64,000 nucleotides of DNA, taken from the NCBI GenBank assembly GCA_963666365.2, contig CAXXNF010000001.1, positions 256,001-320,000 of the forward strand. The letters are read 5' to 3'. Both the position numbers and the translations under genes were made by a program. Position 1 is the stretch's first letter; every line of letters starts with the position of its first letter. Positions 1 to 11,200 of the stretch are shown one piece after another. The stretch is from Syntrophales bacterium. GTDB taxonomy: Bacteria; Desulfobacterota; Syntrophia; Syntrophales; UBA2210. The notes under the pieces were generated by a model, which was not told where the DNA came from, did no database searches, and saw only the letters and a program-made list of their open reading frames with translations.

Positions 1-3000
1 CACCGTTCCGAAGGTCGCCTCGACGGTATGGTCGGAAGCGATGTCGTCAAAGGTGTAACTGTCGATCGGTCCCTGCGAAACGCCGTCGACGTGCACATCC
101 TCGATATAATGACCCCAATCGGCATCGATCGTGTAGACGACGCCGGACGTGCCGTGGTCGTATTCACTCGCGCCGGGAGGCCAAATCGTGCCTCCTGCGC
201 CTGCAATTGCCGTCACGGTATATCGCTTCAGGGTAAAGACAGCCCCGATCTCCCTGTCCCGATCCACCGAAATCGTGCATGTCGTTCCGCTCCAGGATTC
301 GACCCCCGTAAATCCTCCGAAGTTGGAGGTTTCATCGGGTGTTGCCAGAAGCGTCACTTCTGTTCCCGCGAGGAATTCGGCACTGCACAGGTCGCCGCAC
401 TCGATGCCGCCCGGTATCGAGAGGACGACTCCTCCTCCGTTTCCTTCCCGGACAAGGGTGAAGGTATAGATTCTCGTGACTTCCGTGTCCATATGAACGG
501 CATTGTTCGATTCATCGGGATCGATATTCGGGCCTTTCACGGTTGCATCGTTCATAAGCGAATCCGCCCCTCGGGGTGCCTTGAGCGTCAAGGTTACCGT
601 GGCGGAGGCGCCGGCGGCCAGGCCGCTCAGGACGAACTGCGCCTCCCCGTCGGACGTATTGACAGTCCCCTCGCCGGCGTCGGCGGAAATAAAGAGGGCA
701 TCCTGCGGAAAGGTATCGACGATACGCACCGACTGCGCATCGTCGGGGCCACGGTTGGTCACGGTAATGGTGTAGGTCAGCGCCTCGCCCGCCAGCACAG
801 GATCGGCATCGGCACTCAGCGAAACTTCCATGTCCGACAGGCCAACGGTTCGCACCGGCCAGACGTTGGCCCCGTTCATATCGGCTTCCTTGCTCATCGC
901 GTCGATGCGCATCTCCCAGAAATTGCCCACCCAGGCGACCGTCGCCGGATCGGCAGGCCGACTGGTGGAAGACCAGTACATGCTCCTGACATCCTCAAAG
1001 GGCATGCCGGGGATGGTTCCTCCCTCGCTATATATCTTCGACACATCGAAAAGGCTTGCCAGTTCGTATATTGCGGGCATACGCCAATCTGTGCAAGGAC
1101 TTTCGCTTACCCGATAGGTCCCGTCGTTGATACCGGCGATAAAATCAAGGGCCATCTGCCAGGAGACGCGTCCTTCATTCCGACAATTCCCGAAGGTGTC
1201 GTAGGAGGGATATAATACCCCGACGGGATCGGCCTTCTTCAGCCACTGAAGCCCCGTCATGCTATCGGTGACGGTGCCGTCGCCGTTCTCCTTGAACCGC
1301 ACCGCCGGCGCCGCAAGCCCCCGTTGGAGATCGCCGTCGTCGCCCGTTGCATAGCTTTCGGTCTGTCCCGTTTTCGGGATCTTTGCGGACCCGCTACCTC
1401 TTCCCCGCACGGGAAGGAAAAAATAGTGATTTGTCTTCGCGATTGTCGACAGAGCAGCCGAAGCGCCCAGGGAACAGCGATAGGCGGACGCGGACGAGCT
1501 GTGAAAACTGGTCGAGGTCCAGAAGGCCATGGAATACAGTGAAAAGCCGAATGAATTGAGCCACTCGACAACATTCGACTCTCGGCCGTTCATCACAAGG
1601 CTTGTCATCTCAAAAACATTGGGCACCCGCCAGTCGTTATAGGATGCGGAGTAGCCATAGTTCACGTAATTTTGGGAAGATACATTCAGGGACTGCACGA
1701 GCGCAAACGTGTCCTGCCAGGTCGGCGCCAAATCGCCAAAAAGATCAATGCGGCCTATCCACATGAGTCCCGTGTAGTGATCGGTAATTGTGCCGTCCCC
1801 GTTGTCGGTGAAGCGCGGTTCCGGCCATGGAGGACCAACGTGCAGATCGCCGTCGTCTCCCTGCGCATAGCTCGTCCGTTGTCCTGAAAAGGCCGGGGTG
1901 ATGGGATAGGATATCTCATGAAAGACCACTTCGACAACATGATCGGCTTCAATGTATGACAGCAGCAGTGACCCGGCGACGGGGCCCCTGTCCGTACCAT
2001 CGACGACCACCTGCGCCGTTTCAAACCCTTCGTCCGGGGTGATGGCGATCACCAGCGAATCGCCGTACTCAATCACGCGGCTGCCTGCGGGAATCACCGC
2101 GCCGCCTGCCCCTGCCGCTATATCGACGGTAAAGGTCCTGATGCGGAAGGAGACGTCGATCGTATGATCGGCATGGATATCGCTGAAGGTGTAGCTGTCG
2201 ACGGCGCCAATCGAAACACCGTCGATGCGCACGTCGTCGATCTCGTAGCCGACATCCGGGGTAATCACAAACGTGGCGTCGCTGCCTGCCGGAAAAGAAC
2301 TCACCCCCGCCGGGGCAATAGCACCTTGATAGCCCGCCGTTGCAGTGATCCTGTGTACCTCCACCGCGACAGCGCAGATCGTCTGGTCGGAGGTGACGGC
2401 ATCGAAGGTCCATGCATCGACGGCCCCTATCGAGACGCCGTTGACACAGACGTCGGCAATCGCATAGCCCGTCTCGGCGTCAACGGAGAAGGAGCAGCTT
2501 CCTCCATGGGGAACCGTCTGCGTTTCCGAGGGAGTAAAGACCACATGGGGAGCGGCACAAGGCGTCACACTGTAGGTAGTGACGGCGAAGGTCGCCTCTA
2601 CGATGTGATCCTCTTCCACTATTCCGATTTCGTAGGACGACACCGCCCCCACCGAAAGGCCGTTATCGGTGACATCCGCCACATGGTATCCCTCGTCCGG
2701 TGTGATGTCGAAGGTGATGCCGTAGGTGGCGTCGACCACCTGGGGCCCCGACGGGGAGATGGTCCCGTGCGCGCCGGCCGTTCCCGTCACGATGAATTTC
2801 TGAAGCTCGAAAACGGCTTCGATCGTATGATCTTCTGTGACCCCCGTGAAGATATAGGAATCGGAGACGCCCGCCGACAGGCCGTCTACCCTCAGATCGG
2901 CAATATTGTAATAGGTATCGGGCGTTATCCTGTAGGTACTATCGCCCCCGTAGTTGACGGTGGTCGTTCCCGCCGGGTCGATACGGCCTCCCGCGACATG

Positions 3001-6000
3001 GTACTCCGTATCACGTATCGATGAAACGATCTCTAAAGTACGAAGCGTAAAGGTGATCACCGCCTGTGTATCGCCGTCCATGGTAAGGGTGGCAGAGCCC
3101 GTACCGGTGCAGGCACCGCTCCACTGCCCCGCAGCGGTCCCTTCATCGGCCAGCGGATACAATCTGACAAGGGTGCCGGGATTCAGGACCAGTTCCGTAT
3201 CTTCCCTCGCACGGATCGTATCGTACCCCTCGGCGGAGATCTCCACCTCGCCGCTGCCGTTGCCGCTGAAATCGACGGTAAGGGTATGGGCGATTCCCGT
3301 TCCCGTCAGGGGAACCGTTACCGACGGATAGTGCGGATCATCAGAAGTGATAATAAGAAAGGTCTTTTTCACCCCCCTTGACAGGGGGGCAAAGCCCACG
3401 GAACATTGTATCTGCTGCGACGGCATGATGACCGCATTCGAGGGAGGGCTGTGGTAGAGAAAATAGAAATCGTCCCTGTCGCCGCCGAAAAGATAGACCG
3501 GCCCCAGGGTCAGGTCGCCGGCACCCGAGTTTCCTATGGTCACTTCGAGCACATGATCGTATGAAGGATCCGCCCCCACGTCTACACTCCCGAAATCACG
3601 GACCGATCGGTTTACCCCTATAACGGGGTCGTTCCCCTTTTCCACCCGCCCTCCCCGCACCGGCCAGAGGGCGTATTCGTTTGCTTTTTCGCTTCTGCCG
3701 AAACGTCCTTTCGAAAAACTCACGTAATAGGCCATCGAGGGATCGAGGAGCACATTCGTCGAAGACCAGCAGGAACCCGCCACATTGATGAAGGGGTGTC
3801 CTTCGGCAAGAGACGGATCGTAGCGCGAAAAGTCCACAAGGCTTTCCAGTTCCTTGAAGTTGGGCAGGCGCCAGTCGGCATACCCCGCGTTCAGATTCGG
3901 ATAGATTTCGTGATTATAGTAGGTTTCGTCGTTGAGGGCGGCGACGAAATCGAGGGCCTGCCGCCAGGTGAGGGTACCACCGCTATAGCCCGCAGTGGCG
4001 GCGGGGGAGGCGTTTTTCATCCACACCAGTCCCGTAAGGGCATCCGTGACGGTGCCGTCGCCGTTGTCCACAAAGCGGGGGTCAGGCCAGGCCACTCCCC
4101 GGCGTGTGTCGCCGTCGTCACCTGAGGCCGCCGAATGCGACGCACCCTGACCGGTCTTGGCCACATTGGCCGGGTACAGAGGATCGCGGTCGTTCTCCTG
4201 CCCCCCCCTGACAAGCAGCACGTGGAGCGTATCGGGAGACGACACGCCGATTTCGTCACGGAAAAAGCGATCGATCCTCCGGGTTTCGCCGAAATCGGCC
4301 CCCCAGGCGTAGACAAAGTCGGCATTGTTGTCGCAGGTGGAGGACCAGTAGAGGGCATCGGCGGGCACATTATTAAATCCCCGCGGACCGATGAACTGGG
4401 CCGTGGTAAATTCGTCATTTTCCATGAGGCTGATCAGTTCGTTGACGTTGGGAAGCCGCCAGTCGTTGTACCCCGCGGCGCAGTCTCCGAATGTTCCGTC
4501 GTTGACACCGGCCACAAAGGCAAGGGCATGATGCCAGGTAACCCGGCCGTCGGCGTTCCCGTCGCCATCGAAGGCAGGATAGTGGGACCCGACGGGATTT
4601 CCGTCGCCGTACCACACAAGCCCCGTCAGATTGTCCCGCACCGTTCCGTCGCCCAATTCCGTAAAACGTTCTTCGGGCCAGGCGACACCGGCCCTTGCGT
4701 CGCCGTCCTGGCCGGACCCCGCGCAATCGATCGAATAGCCGTCATCGTCATAACAGGAGTAATGATCAGCCAGTCCGTCCCAATATGCCGTCTGGGGAAT
4801 CTCTACAACGCCCGCGGGCGCCCCTTTGCCCGTCAGAGGATATTCGTCGGAGACACCGTTGTCGTTGCCGTAGGCATCGAGACATACGCCGGGATGAACC
4901 GGATCGGGATTCGAACAGACGTGATCGTACCAGTAATTGCCCCATCCCTCGAAGGACCACTGATTGCCGCCGTCGTCAATGGCGCTGCAATAGATGAAAC
5001 TGTTGTGCCAGGAAACCACCGAATTGCATCCGATAAGGGACATTCCGCAGTCAAGGTCGTCGAAAACGTTATCGTGTACCTTTGCGCCGGCGACATTTTG
5101 AAGCCGCAGGCCCGTGACTGAAGAGGCATCGGAAAAAATATTTTTGCCGATCACCAGATCCGCCGCGTTCAGGAGGGAAGTCCCCGCAACGGCAATCCCG
5201 TAGAAGGAAGAATTCCACAGGCCATCGAAGGAGTTCGACGACACATCGATATGAGACGACCCGTTGTCGATGGAGAATTCGATCCCCCCTTCGCAACCCG
5301 CAAAGACATTCTCCCGTATCACGATATTTTTCAGGAGCCCTTCCCCGGCAATTGCATTCGCCGACGTCCTGTTAAAGGTGCACGCCTCTACGGTAATATT
5401 TTCGCAGTCGCTAAGGAACAACGGCGTCTCCGTTCCAGAAAAATCCATGTTCTCTATGTCGAAATTGTTGCAACCGGAAAGGGAAATTTTTTCGATTGCC
5501 GAATCGCGCAGCCTTCCGGAGACAGTTGCCGAAAAATCCATATTCGAAAGCGTCAGCTCCCTACAGGTTACCCCCTCAAGAGAAACGCCCGAGGCACCGG
5601 AGATTGACAGGCCGTAATCCGGAAACGCGCAGTCTGTCAGCAAAAGCGGCCCGGCCTTTACCAGGGTGATCGATTGGCCGTCCAGATCGACGGCAAAATC
5701 GCTTGCGGGCGGAGAATAATTCGGAATCAGCGGTGTCGTTCCGTAGACAAGGCTGACCTTCGCCCCCATCTGCGTTCCGGCAAGCGAGAGTGTGCCTCCT
5801 TCGGCAACCCTTATGGGCAGGCTGTCGGTATTGCTGAAAACCGCATCGCCGACACTCAGCGCTCCTCCCGACGCCACTTCGACGGCGGGCGATGTATAGG
5901 GGGACGGAACCCAGACGATATCGCCCCCGTTAACGGTCAGCAAATCGCCCGCTTGAATATCCCTGAGATCGGCGGCATATACGGGACCGGTCGCGTCAAA

Positions 6001-8136
6001 GGTTCCCCGTGGCCGCAGGATCACTTTTTCGGATACCTTGTTGCCCCCGTCGACAAGGAGCGTCGCATATATATCCTGCGGCCCGAAATAGCCGGAAGTG
6101 TCCCAGGTCATACGGGCGATACCCCGGCTTCCCCACCGGCTGACGTCAAGGGGCGCATCGTTGATGCACTGTCCCCCGTTCGCGGGATCGCCGAAATAGA
6201 TGTCAACGGTATAGTCGTCATTGCCGAAAAGGCCTTCGATAAAGATCTTCAGTTCAAGCGCCGTTCCCGCCGGGACGTCAGCCGCCCCGTAGACGCGATC
6301 GTCCTTCTCCTTTCCCGCCGCAATGCAATAGGATCCCGTCCCCGAATAATCGCTCCAGGCGTTGCCTGTGGAGTTCCCGTCATCCCACGCATTCGCGCCG
6401 CCGTCGTAGGCCGCCGCTCCTCCCTCCACACCGTTCTTCAGGAACAAAGCGTTTGAAAAGATGCGGTTTCCGTATCCGCGCTCCACCCGCAGGGCGTTGG
6501 CAAGTGTCTCGTATATGCGGTTCCCCTCTATAACATTATTGTTGCCGTTATTTATCGCAATGCCGCAGCAGCTCCACTGAATGTGGTTTCCCCCGATGGT
6601 GCAGTTGTCCGCGCCGTCGAGGATAATGCCCGTAACGGTGCGCAGAATCCGCATATTATAGAGTCTGACGCCCGATGCGGCGATTCGGAAGCCGTAGTCG
6701 AGATAGTGTTCTCCCTCCGGCCTCGCCGCGACGGCAGGATTTTCCCGGTCCCGGCAGAACAGGGTAAGATTCGGGGTGGCGATCCGCACCGGTTCCTCAT
6801 AATATTCCCCGTCGCCTTTCGGAAAGATTTCAATGGAATCCCCCGGCGTCGAGGCATCGACGGCCGCCTGGATCGTGGCGTATTGACGGCCGGGTCCGAC
6901 AGTATGTGTGGCCGTTTCCGGCAGATCGTCAGCGACATAGGCGGAGAGATCCCCGATGGACGGGACAGGATACCTGTCGACTCCAGCCGTCTCATCACTC
7001 TCCGAAGGGGCCGTAAATACCAAGGTTTGCACTCGCGGGCGGGTATACTCGGTGACCGTATCGGCATGAAGGGCGGCAAGTCCTTCCAGTCCGCGCAGTT
7101 CACCCATCCAGGCCAGCAAGATGGCTTCGTAGAGCATGTCGTTCGTGCCGTTTCCATCGACATCGCCGACATCGGCCAGGGGGTCCATTCCCGCCGTGGA
7201 CAAGGCACTCAGGATCCACTGCTGTATCCATCCATAGCCGAGGCGGGTCTTTGTCGTGGACGCCTTGACGTGCACCGCTCCGGCGACGGCTTTCCCCGCG
7301 GAAAGGGAGGCTCTGAGCGCATCCACGGCTGCCATATTGGCTTCCGCCGTTGCCCCGTAGGAAAACCCAGCATCAATGAGGGCAACGGCATCGGACAGGT
7401 TTTTGATCGCCGCGCCGGTCTGATCTGCCGGTTCGACAAGATTTGACCCGACCTCGTAGAGTTCATCCCCCCATGAATCCTGCCAGGCCCGATAGAGGTA
7501 GAGTTCCGCGGCGCCTCGGTAAAAATTGTCCATCATGCCCGAAAGACCCGCAAGCGTTGATGTGGCGAGGAAGGCCGCATTATTTTTAAAGGTCTGAAGC
7601 GGCATCAGCAGCGGAGGAACTCCCAGGTATTCCATGGCATATTCGACCAGTGCGCCCGCTCCCTCTTTTGCAAGATTATCAAAGCTTACCTTTTCCTTCG
7701 CCTCCTTCATGAGAAAGACCGCCCCGTCATCCGCGTTCCTGATCGCTTCAATCTCCTTTATTTTCTGAAAATCTTCCGCATAGAGGGGACCCAGGGTCTT
7801 CATATCGACATGGTCGGAATAGGGCGTCATGTTTTGAAACATTTCGAAATGGTGATACATGGCGCTCCGGTACTGCTGATAGGCAAAAAGAAAATAGGAG
7901 AGTTTGTGCCGCAAAACGAAAAGATCGGCCTGAGATAATTGGAGTCCCGGATATGGATCAGCACAGGCATCTTCGCAAACCGTATTACCTGCGGAGGAGG
8001 TGCTGTAAGGGATATCAGCGGCGCAGTTCGCGCAGCCGCTATGACATGCTGCAGGAACGTACCGAGGCAGCCAGAGGATTAGGCACAGGAAAAGGATAAG
8101 ACGTACCCTGGGAAGAGAATGGCCGGGTATTCTCAT
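1..8136 (-). CDS. Giant secreted multidomain surface protein, 3'-partial (>=2712 aa): signal peptide, Cys-rich/helical N-domain, NosD-like beta-helices, 4x DUF1566/Lcl, choice-of-anchor-D Ig, InlB-B-like repeats, DUF11
   Basis: ATG at 8136 with upstream GAGG; starts MRIPGHSLPRVRLILFLCLILWLPRYVPAA. The same frame at position 1 reads SYTFDDIASDHTVEATFGTV. The track lists no ORF in this frame, which implies no internal stop. Motifs include QYATIQAAVDASTPGDSIEI, GNAWSDY, RFVDNGDGTVTDALTGLVW, YALWPVRGG, IITSDDPHYPSVTVPLTGTG and LTYTITVTNRGPDDAQSV. Most long plus-strand ORFs here are same-phase antisense shadows. Confidence 0.9.
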   Translation of the reverse strand, partial: MRIPGHSLPRVRLILFLCLILWLPRYVPAACHSGCANCAADIPYSTSSAGNTVCEDACADPYPGLQLSQADLFVLRHKLSYFLFAYQQYRSAMYHHFEMFQNMTPYSDHVDMKTLGPLYAEDFQKIKEIEAIRNADDGAVFLMKEAKEKVSFDNLAKEGAGALVEYAMEYLGVPPLLMPLQTFKNNAAFLATSTLAGLSGMMDNFYRGAAELYLYRAWQDSWGDELYEVGSNLVEPADQTGAAIKNLSDAVALIDAGFSYGATAEANMAAVDALRASLSAGKAVAGAVHVKASTTKTRLGYGWIQQWILSALSTAGMDPLADVGDVDGNGTNDMLYEAILLAWMGELRGLEGLAALHADTVTEYTRPRVQTLVFTAPSESDETAGVDRYPVPSIGDLSAYVADDLPETATHTVGPGRQYATIQAAVDASTPGDSIEIFPKGDGEYYEEPVRIATPNLTLFCRDRENPAVAARPEGEHYLDYGFRIAASGVRLYNMRILRTVTGIILDGADNCTIGGNHIQWSCCGIAINNGNNNVIEGNRIYETLANALRVERGYGNRIFSNALFLKNGVEGGAAAYDGGANAWDDGNSTGNAWSDYSGTGSYCIAAGKEKDDRVYGAADVPAGTALELKIFIEGLFGNDDYTVDIYFGDPANGGQCINDAPLDVSRWGSRGIARMTWDTSGYFGPQDIYATLLVDGGNKVSEKVILRPRGTFDATGPVYAADLRDIQAGDLLTVNGGDIVWVPSPYTSPAVEVASGGALSVGDAVFSNTDSLPIRVAEGGTLSLAGTQMGAKVSLVYGTTPLIPNYSPPASDFAVDLDGQSITLVKAGPLLLTDCAFPDYGLSISGASGVSLEGVTCRELTLSNMDFSATVSGRLRDSAIEKISLSGCNNFDIENMDFSGTETPLFLSDCENITVEACTFNRTSANAIAGEGLLKNIVIRENVFAGCEGGIEFSIDNGSSHIDVSSNSFDGLWNSSFYGIAVAGTSLLNAADLVIGKNIFSDASSVTGLRLQNVAGAKVHDNVFDDLDCGMSLIGCNSVVSWHNSFIYCSAIDDGGNQWSFEGWGNYWYDHVCSNPDPVHPGVCLDAYGNDNGVSDEYPLTGKGAPAGVVEIPQTAYWDGLADHYSCYDDDGYSIDCAGSGQDGDARAGVAWPEERFTELGDGTVRDNLTGLVWYGDGNPVGSHYPAFDGDGNADGRVTWHHALAFVAGVNDGTFGDCAAGYNDWRLPNVNELISLMENDEFTTAQFIGPRGFNNVPADALYWSSTCDNNADFVYAWGADFGETRRIDRFFRDEIGVSSPDTLHVLLVRGGQENDRDPLYPANVAKTGQGASHSAASGDDGDTRRGVAWPDPRFVDNGDGTVTDALTGLVWMKNASPAATAGYSGGTLTWRQALDFVAALNDETYYNHEIYPNLNAGYADWRLPNFKELESLVDFSRYDPSLAEGHPFINVAGSCWSSTNVLLDPSMAYYVSFSKGRFGRSEKANEYALWPVRGGRVEKGNDPVIGVNRSVRDFGSVDVGADPSYDHVLEVTIGNSGAGDLTLGPVYLFGGDRDDFYFLYHSPPSNAVIMPSQQIQCSVGFAPLSRGVKKTFLIITSDDPHYPSVTVPLTGTGIAHTLTVDFSGNGSGEVEISAEGYDTIRAREDTELVLNPGTLVRLYPLADEGTAAGQWSGACTGTGSATLTMDGDTQAVITFTLRTLEIVSSIRDTEYHVAGGRIDPAGTTTVNYGGDSTYRITPDTYYNIADLRVDGLSAGVSDSYIFTGVTEDHTIEAVFELQKFIVTGTAGAHGTISPSGPQVVDATYGITFDITPDEGYHVADVTDNGLSVGAVSSYEIGIVEEDHIVEATFAVTTYSVTPCAAPHVVFTPSETQTVPHGGSCSFSVDAETGYAIADVCVNGVSIGAVDAWTFDAVTSDQTICAVAVEVHRITATAGYQGAIAPAGVSSFPAGSDATFVITPDVGYEIDDVRIDGVSIGAVDSYTFSDIHADHTIDVSFRIRTFTVDIAAGAGGAVIPAGSRVIEYGDSLVIAITPDEGFETAQVVVDGTDRGPVAGSLLLSYIEADHVVEVVFHEISYPITPAFSGQRTSYAQGDDGDLHVGPPWPEPRFTDNGDGTITDHYTGLMWIGRIDLFGDLAPTWQDTFALVQSLNVSSQNYVNYGYSASYNDWRVPNVFEMTSLVMNGRESNVVEWLNSFGFSLYSMAFWTSTSFHSSSASAYRCSLGASAALSTIAKTNHYFFLPVRGRGSGSAKIPKTGQTESYATGDDGDLQRGLAAPAVRFKENGDGTVTDSMTGLQWLKKADPVGVLYPSYDTFGNCRNEGRVSWQMALDFIAGINDGTYRVSESPCTDWRMPAIYELASLFDVSKIYSEGGTIPGMPFEDVRSMYWSSTSRPADPATVAWVGNFWEMRIDAMSKEADMNGANVWPVRTVGLSDMEVSLSADADPVLAGEALTYTITVTNRGPDDAQSVRIVDTFPQDALFISADAGEGTVNTSDGEAQFVLSGLAAGASATVTLTLKAPRGADSLMNDATVKGPNIDPDESNNAVHMDTEVTRIYTFTLVREGNGGGVVLSIPGGIECGDLCSAEFLAGTEVTLLATPDETSNFGGFTGVESWSGTTCTISVDRDREIGAVFTLKRYTVTAIAGAGGTIWPPGASEYDHGTSGVVYTIDADWGHYIEDVHVDGVSQGPIDSYTFDDIASDHTVEATFGTV

Positions 8137-8152
8137 TACAACTTACCTCATA

Positions 8153-8237
8153 GGGACACTTCCCTATTTTTGTGCGTGAGATCCACGTATCCGCATTTAT
8201 ATCAGTGCCTTACACACCATAAATTGGGAAGTGTCCC
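8153..8237. repeat. 85-bp element bounded by perfect 12-bp inverted repeats (REP/MITE-like)
   Basis: GGGACACTTCCC (8153-8164) and GGGAAGTGTCCC (8226-8237). Confidence 0.6.
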
Positions 8238-8297
8238 CTTTTGTTACCTTTTGTTATTTTTTTATGCGGTATGAATGGTTTTGAGTCAAGATAAAAG

Positions 8298-11200
8298 TCA
8301 TGACCTTTTCCTTCCGTTCACAATGCTGATGAGAACGGGAACTACATTCAGTGTGAGAAGGGTGGCGAAGGCCAGGCCGAAGATCACGGCCACGGCCATG
8401 GGCCCCCACCACTGGGACGACTCGCCGCCGATATTCCACTCCATTTTGCTGAAATCGAAGCTGATGCCCGTCGCCATGGGAAGAAGCCCCAGTATGGTGG
8501 TGACGGCCGTCAGCATGACCGGCCGGAAACGGACAAGGCCTGCCTGGATGACGGCCTCTGTCAATTCCAGACCGCGGTCCCGTAATTTATTATAATAGTC
8601 GATGAGTACGATGGTGTTGTTGACAACCACCCCGGCGAGACTGATGACACCAACGCCCGTCATGATAATTCCGAAGGCCGTGCCGGTTACGAGAAGACCG
8701 ATAAACACACCGATCAGCGAAAGCAGGACCGAGGTGAGAATGATCAGCGGTGTTGCAAAGGAGTTGAATTGCGTGATCAGTATCAAAAATATAATAAAGA
8801 GGGCGGCCACGAATGCCTTTTTGAGAAAGGTCGACGCCTTCTCCTGTTCCTGCTGCTCGCCGGTGAAGTTGAGCATATATCCCCGGGGCCAGTCGAAATC
8901 AGCCAGGCGCTCCTTTATATCGGCAATGACATCATTAGCAAGGCGCCCCGACACATCACCGGAGATGGTGACGATCCGTTTCTGATTGAGCCGGTTGACG
9001 GCCCCGACGCCACTGCCCAGGCTTACCGACGCCACCGATGTCAGGGGAATCGGTTCACCCTGCGGTCCCGATACGGTAATTCGCTTAACGCTTTCCACGC
9101 TTCGACGGTCGCGCTCGGGAAGCCGCGCAATGATGTCGTACTCATCCTTCCCCAGTCTGAAGACGCCTGCCTTGACGCCGTTGATGGCGGCCTTGACGGT
9201 ATAGGCGATGGTAAAGGTATCGAGGCCCACCAGCGCCGCCTTTTCCCTGTCCACCCGCACCACGATCTCCGGTTTGCCCTTCACGAAGTTGTCCTTCAGA
9301 TCGACAAGCCCCGGAACATCGCTAATCCGATTCCGTATGCGGTGGGCCAGGTCGCCAAGCACCAGGATATCATCGCCGGTAATTTCCATGTTGACCGGCG
9401 CGCCCGTGGGCGGTCCCTCTTCTTCTTTTTCCACCTGCACCTCGGCGCCTGTAATGACGGCCAGAATCCTCTCTCGTAACTCCTTAATTATTTCCGAGGA
9501 GGGGCGGGAGCGGTCATGGAAGTCTTTGAAGTCGATGGCGACCCGGTTGATATGGGTCCCCGTTCCCCCCTGCGAGAAAGGATCGCCGCCGACGGAGCCC
9601 ACGTTGGCGATGACATACTGGAGGTCTTCGTATTCGGCCGCGATCGCCTCGACCTGGCGCACCAGCCGGTCCGAGGCATCCAGATTGGTGCCTTCAGGCG
9701 CCTTCAGGAACACATAGGCCCTGCGAGGCTCCGTCTCGGGAAAAAATTCCACGCCCCTGCCGAAGAGAGAGAAGCTGCCGATCGACCCGATCAAAAGCAC
9801 AAAGGCCATGGTCATCACCGCACACCGGTGGCCCAGCGACCATTCAAGGATGCGCAAGTAGATCCGCTTGACCAGCGGAAGATGGTCTTCGTCCTCCTTG
9901 CCGAAAACGCCGCCTTTAACCGACTGGTACCGGGCCGAAAGGACGGGATTGATCACAAGGGCCACAAAAAGGGAAGAACTGAGGGCAAAGATCAGCGTCA
10001 GGGGCAGAAATCCCATGAACTCGCCCATGATGCCCGGCCAGAAAAGCATGGGGACAAAGGCGCCCAGGGTGGTCAAGGTCGAGGTAATGACAGGCCAGGC
10101 CACTTCATCCGTGCCGTTTTGTGCGGCCTCGACCCTCGACTCCCCTTCCTGCATGTGCCGGTAGATATTTTCCACGATCACGATGCCGTTGTCGACGAGC
10201 ATCCCCAGGGCGAGTATGAGGGAAAAAAGCACTACCATATTGAGCGTGATGCCACCGGCGGTGAGCATGAGGAAGGTCATCAGCATGGAATAGGGGATGG
10301 CAAGCGCCACAAAGAGCGCCGACCGCCCGCCGATAAAAATAAAAATTACCGCCAGCACCAGGATCAGACCCGAAAGGATGTTGTTTTCCAGATCCGCCAC
10401 CATCAGATTCACATCTTTCGACATATCCGAGGTGAGATCTATCTTCAGGGCGGGCGGAAGCAGCGGGCGAAGTTCGTCAACCACCTTTTTCACCTCGTCG
10501 GTCACGGTGACAATATTCTCACCGCTTCGTTTCAGCACGGCAAGGGTGACACTCTGCTCGCCGTTTATCCTGCTTCGGGTCAAGGGGTCTTTGTAGCTGT
10601 CGCTGATGACCGCCAGATCTCTAAGATAGACGGGCTTCCCGTCCCTGACAAAGGCAACGAGCGAGAATATCTCGGCGGGGGTTTTATAATCCTCCGGCAC
10701 GCGGACTAGGTACTTGATGGGACCGATATCCATACTCCCGCTGGGCATGTTTACATTGCCCCGCTCCACCGCGGCAATCAACGTGGAAAAGGGCACGTTA
10801 TAGGCGGCCACTCGATCCAGGTCAAATTCGACATGGATCTCCCGTTCGAGACCGCCCGTCAGGCGCGCCTCCAGCACTCCCGGCACCGCTTCAATCCTGT
10901 CCTCGAATTCATCGGCAAACGTCTTGAGGCGGCGCAGGCTGAAGGGTCCCGAAAGCACCACGCGAATGACGGGATAATCGGACAAGTTGAACTCCTGAAT
11001 CACCGGATCATCGGGAAGCTCTGCGGGAAGATCCGATTTGGCCAGATCGACTTTGTCCCGCACCTTCTGAAGGGCGTCGTCGATATCGACCTTTGGCAGA
11101 AACTCGATCGCCACCGTGGAAATGCCTTCAGCCGAAGTGGAACGAATTTCTTCCACATCGGCAAGGCCTTTCAGCTTCCGCTCGATGGGCATAGTGATGA

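Noticed and set aside
4201..4208. 8-nt G/C homopolymers in the giant gene and in Rhs copy 1 (14568-14575) as phase-variation tracts
   Set aside because: Short, explained by the encoded RGG and TPP residues, and both frames are intact
850..4800. DUF1566 domains as diversity-generating retroelement targets
   Set aside because: No reverse transcriptase and no near-identical template/variable repeat pair with A-specific mismatches seen in the window; the domains are internal and broadly diverged
28..7446. Long plus-strand ORFs (28-1215, 2164-3024, 4135-5121, 5674-6456, 6583-7446)
   Set aside because: All share the triplet phase of the giant minus-strand gene and lack recognisable motifs; they are antisense shadows
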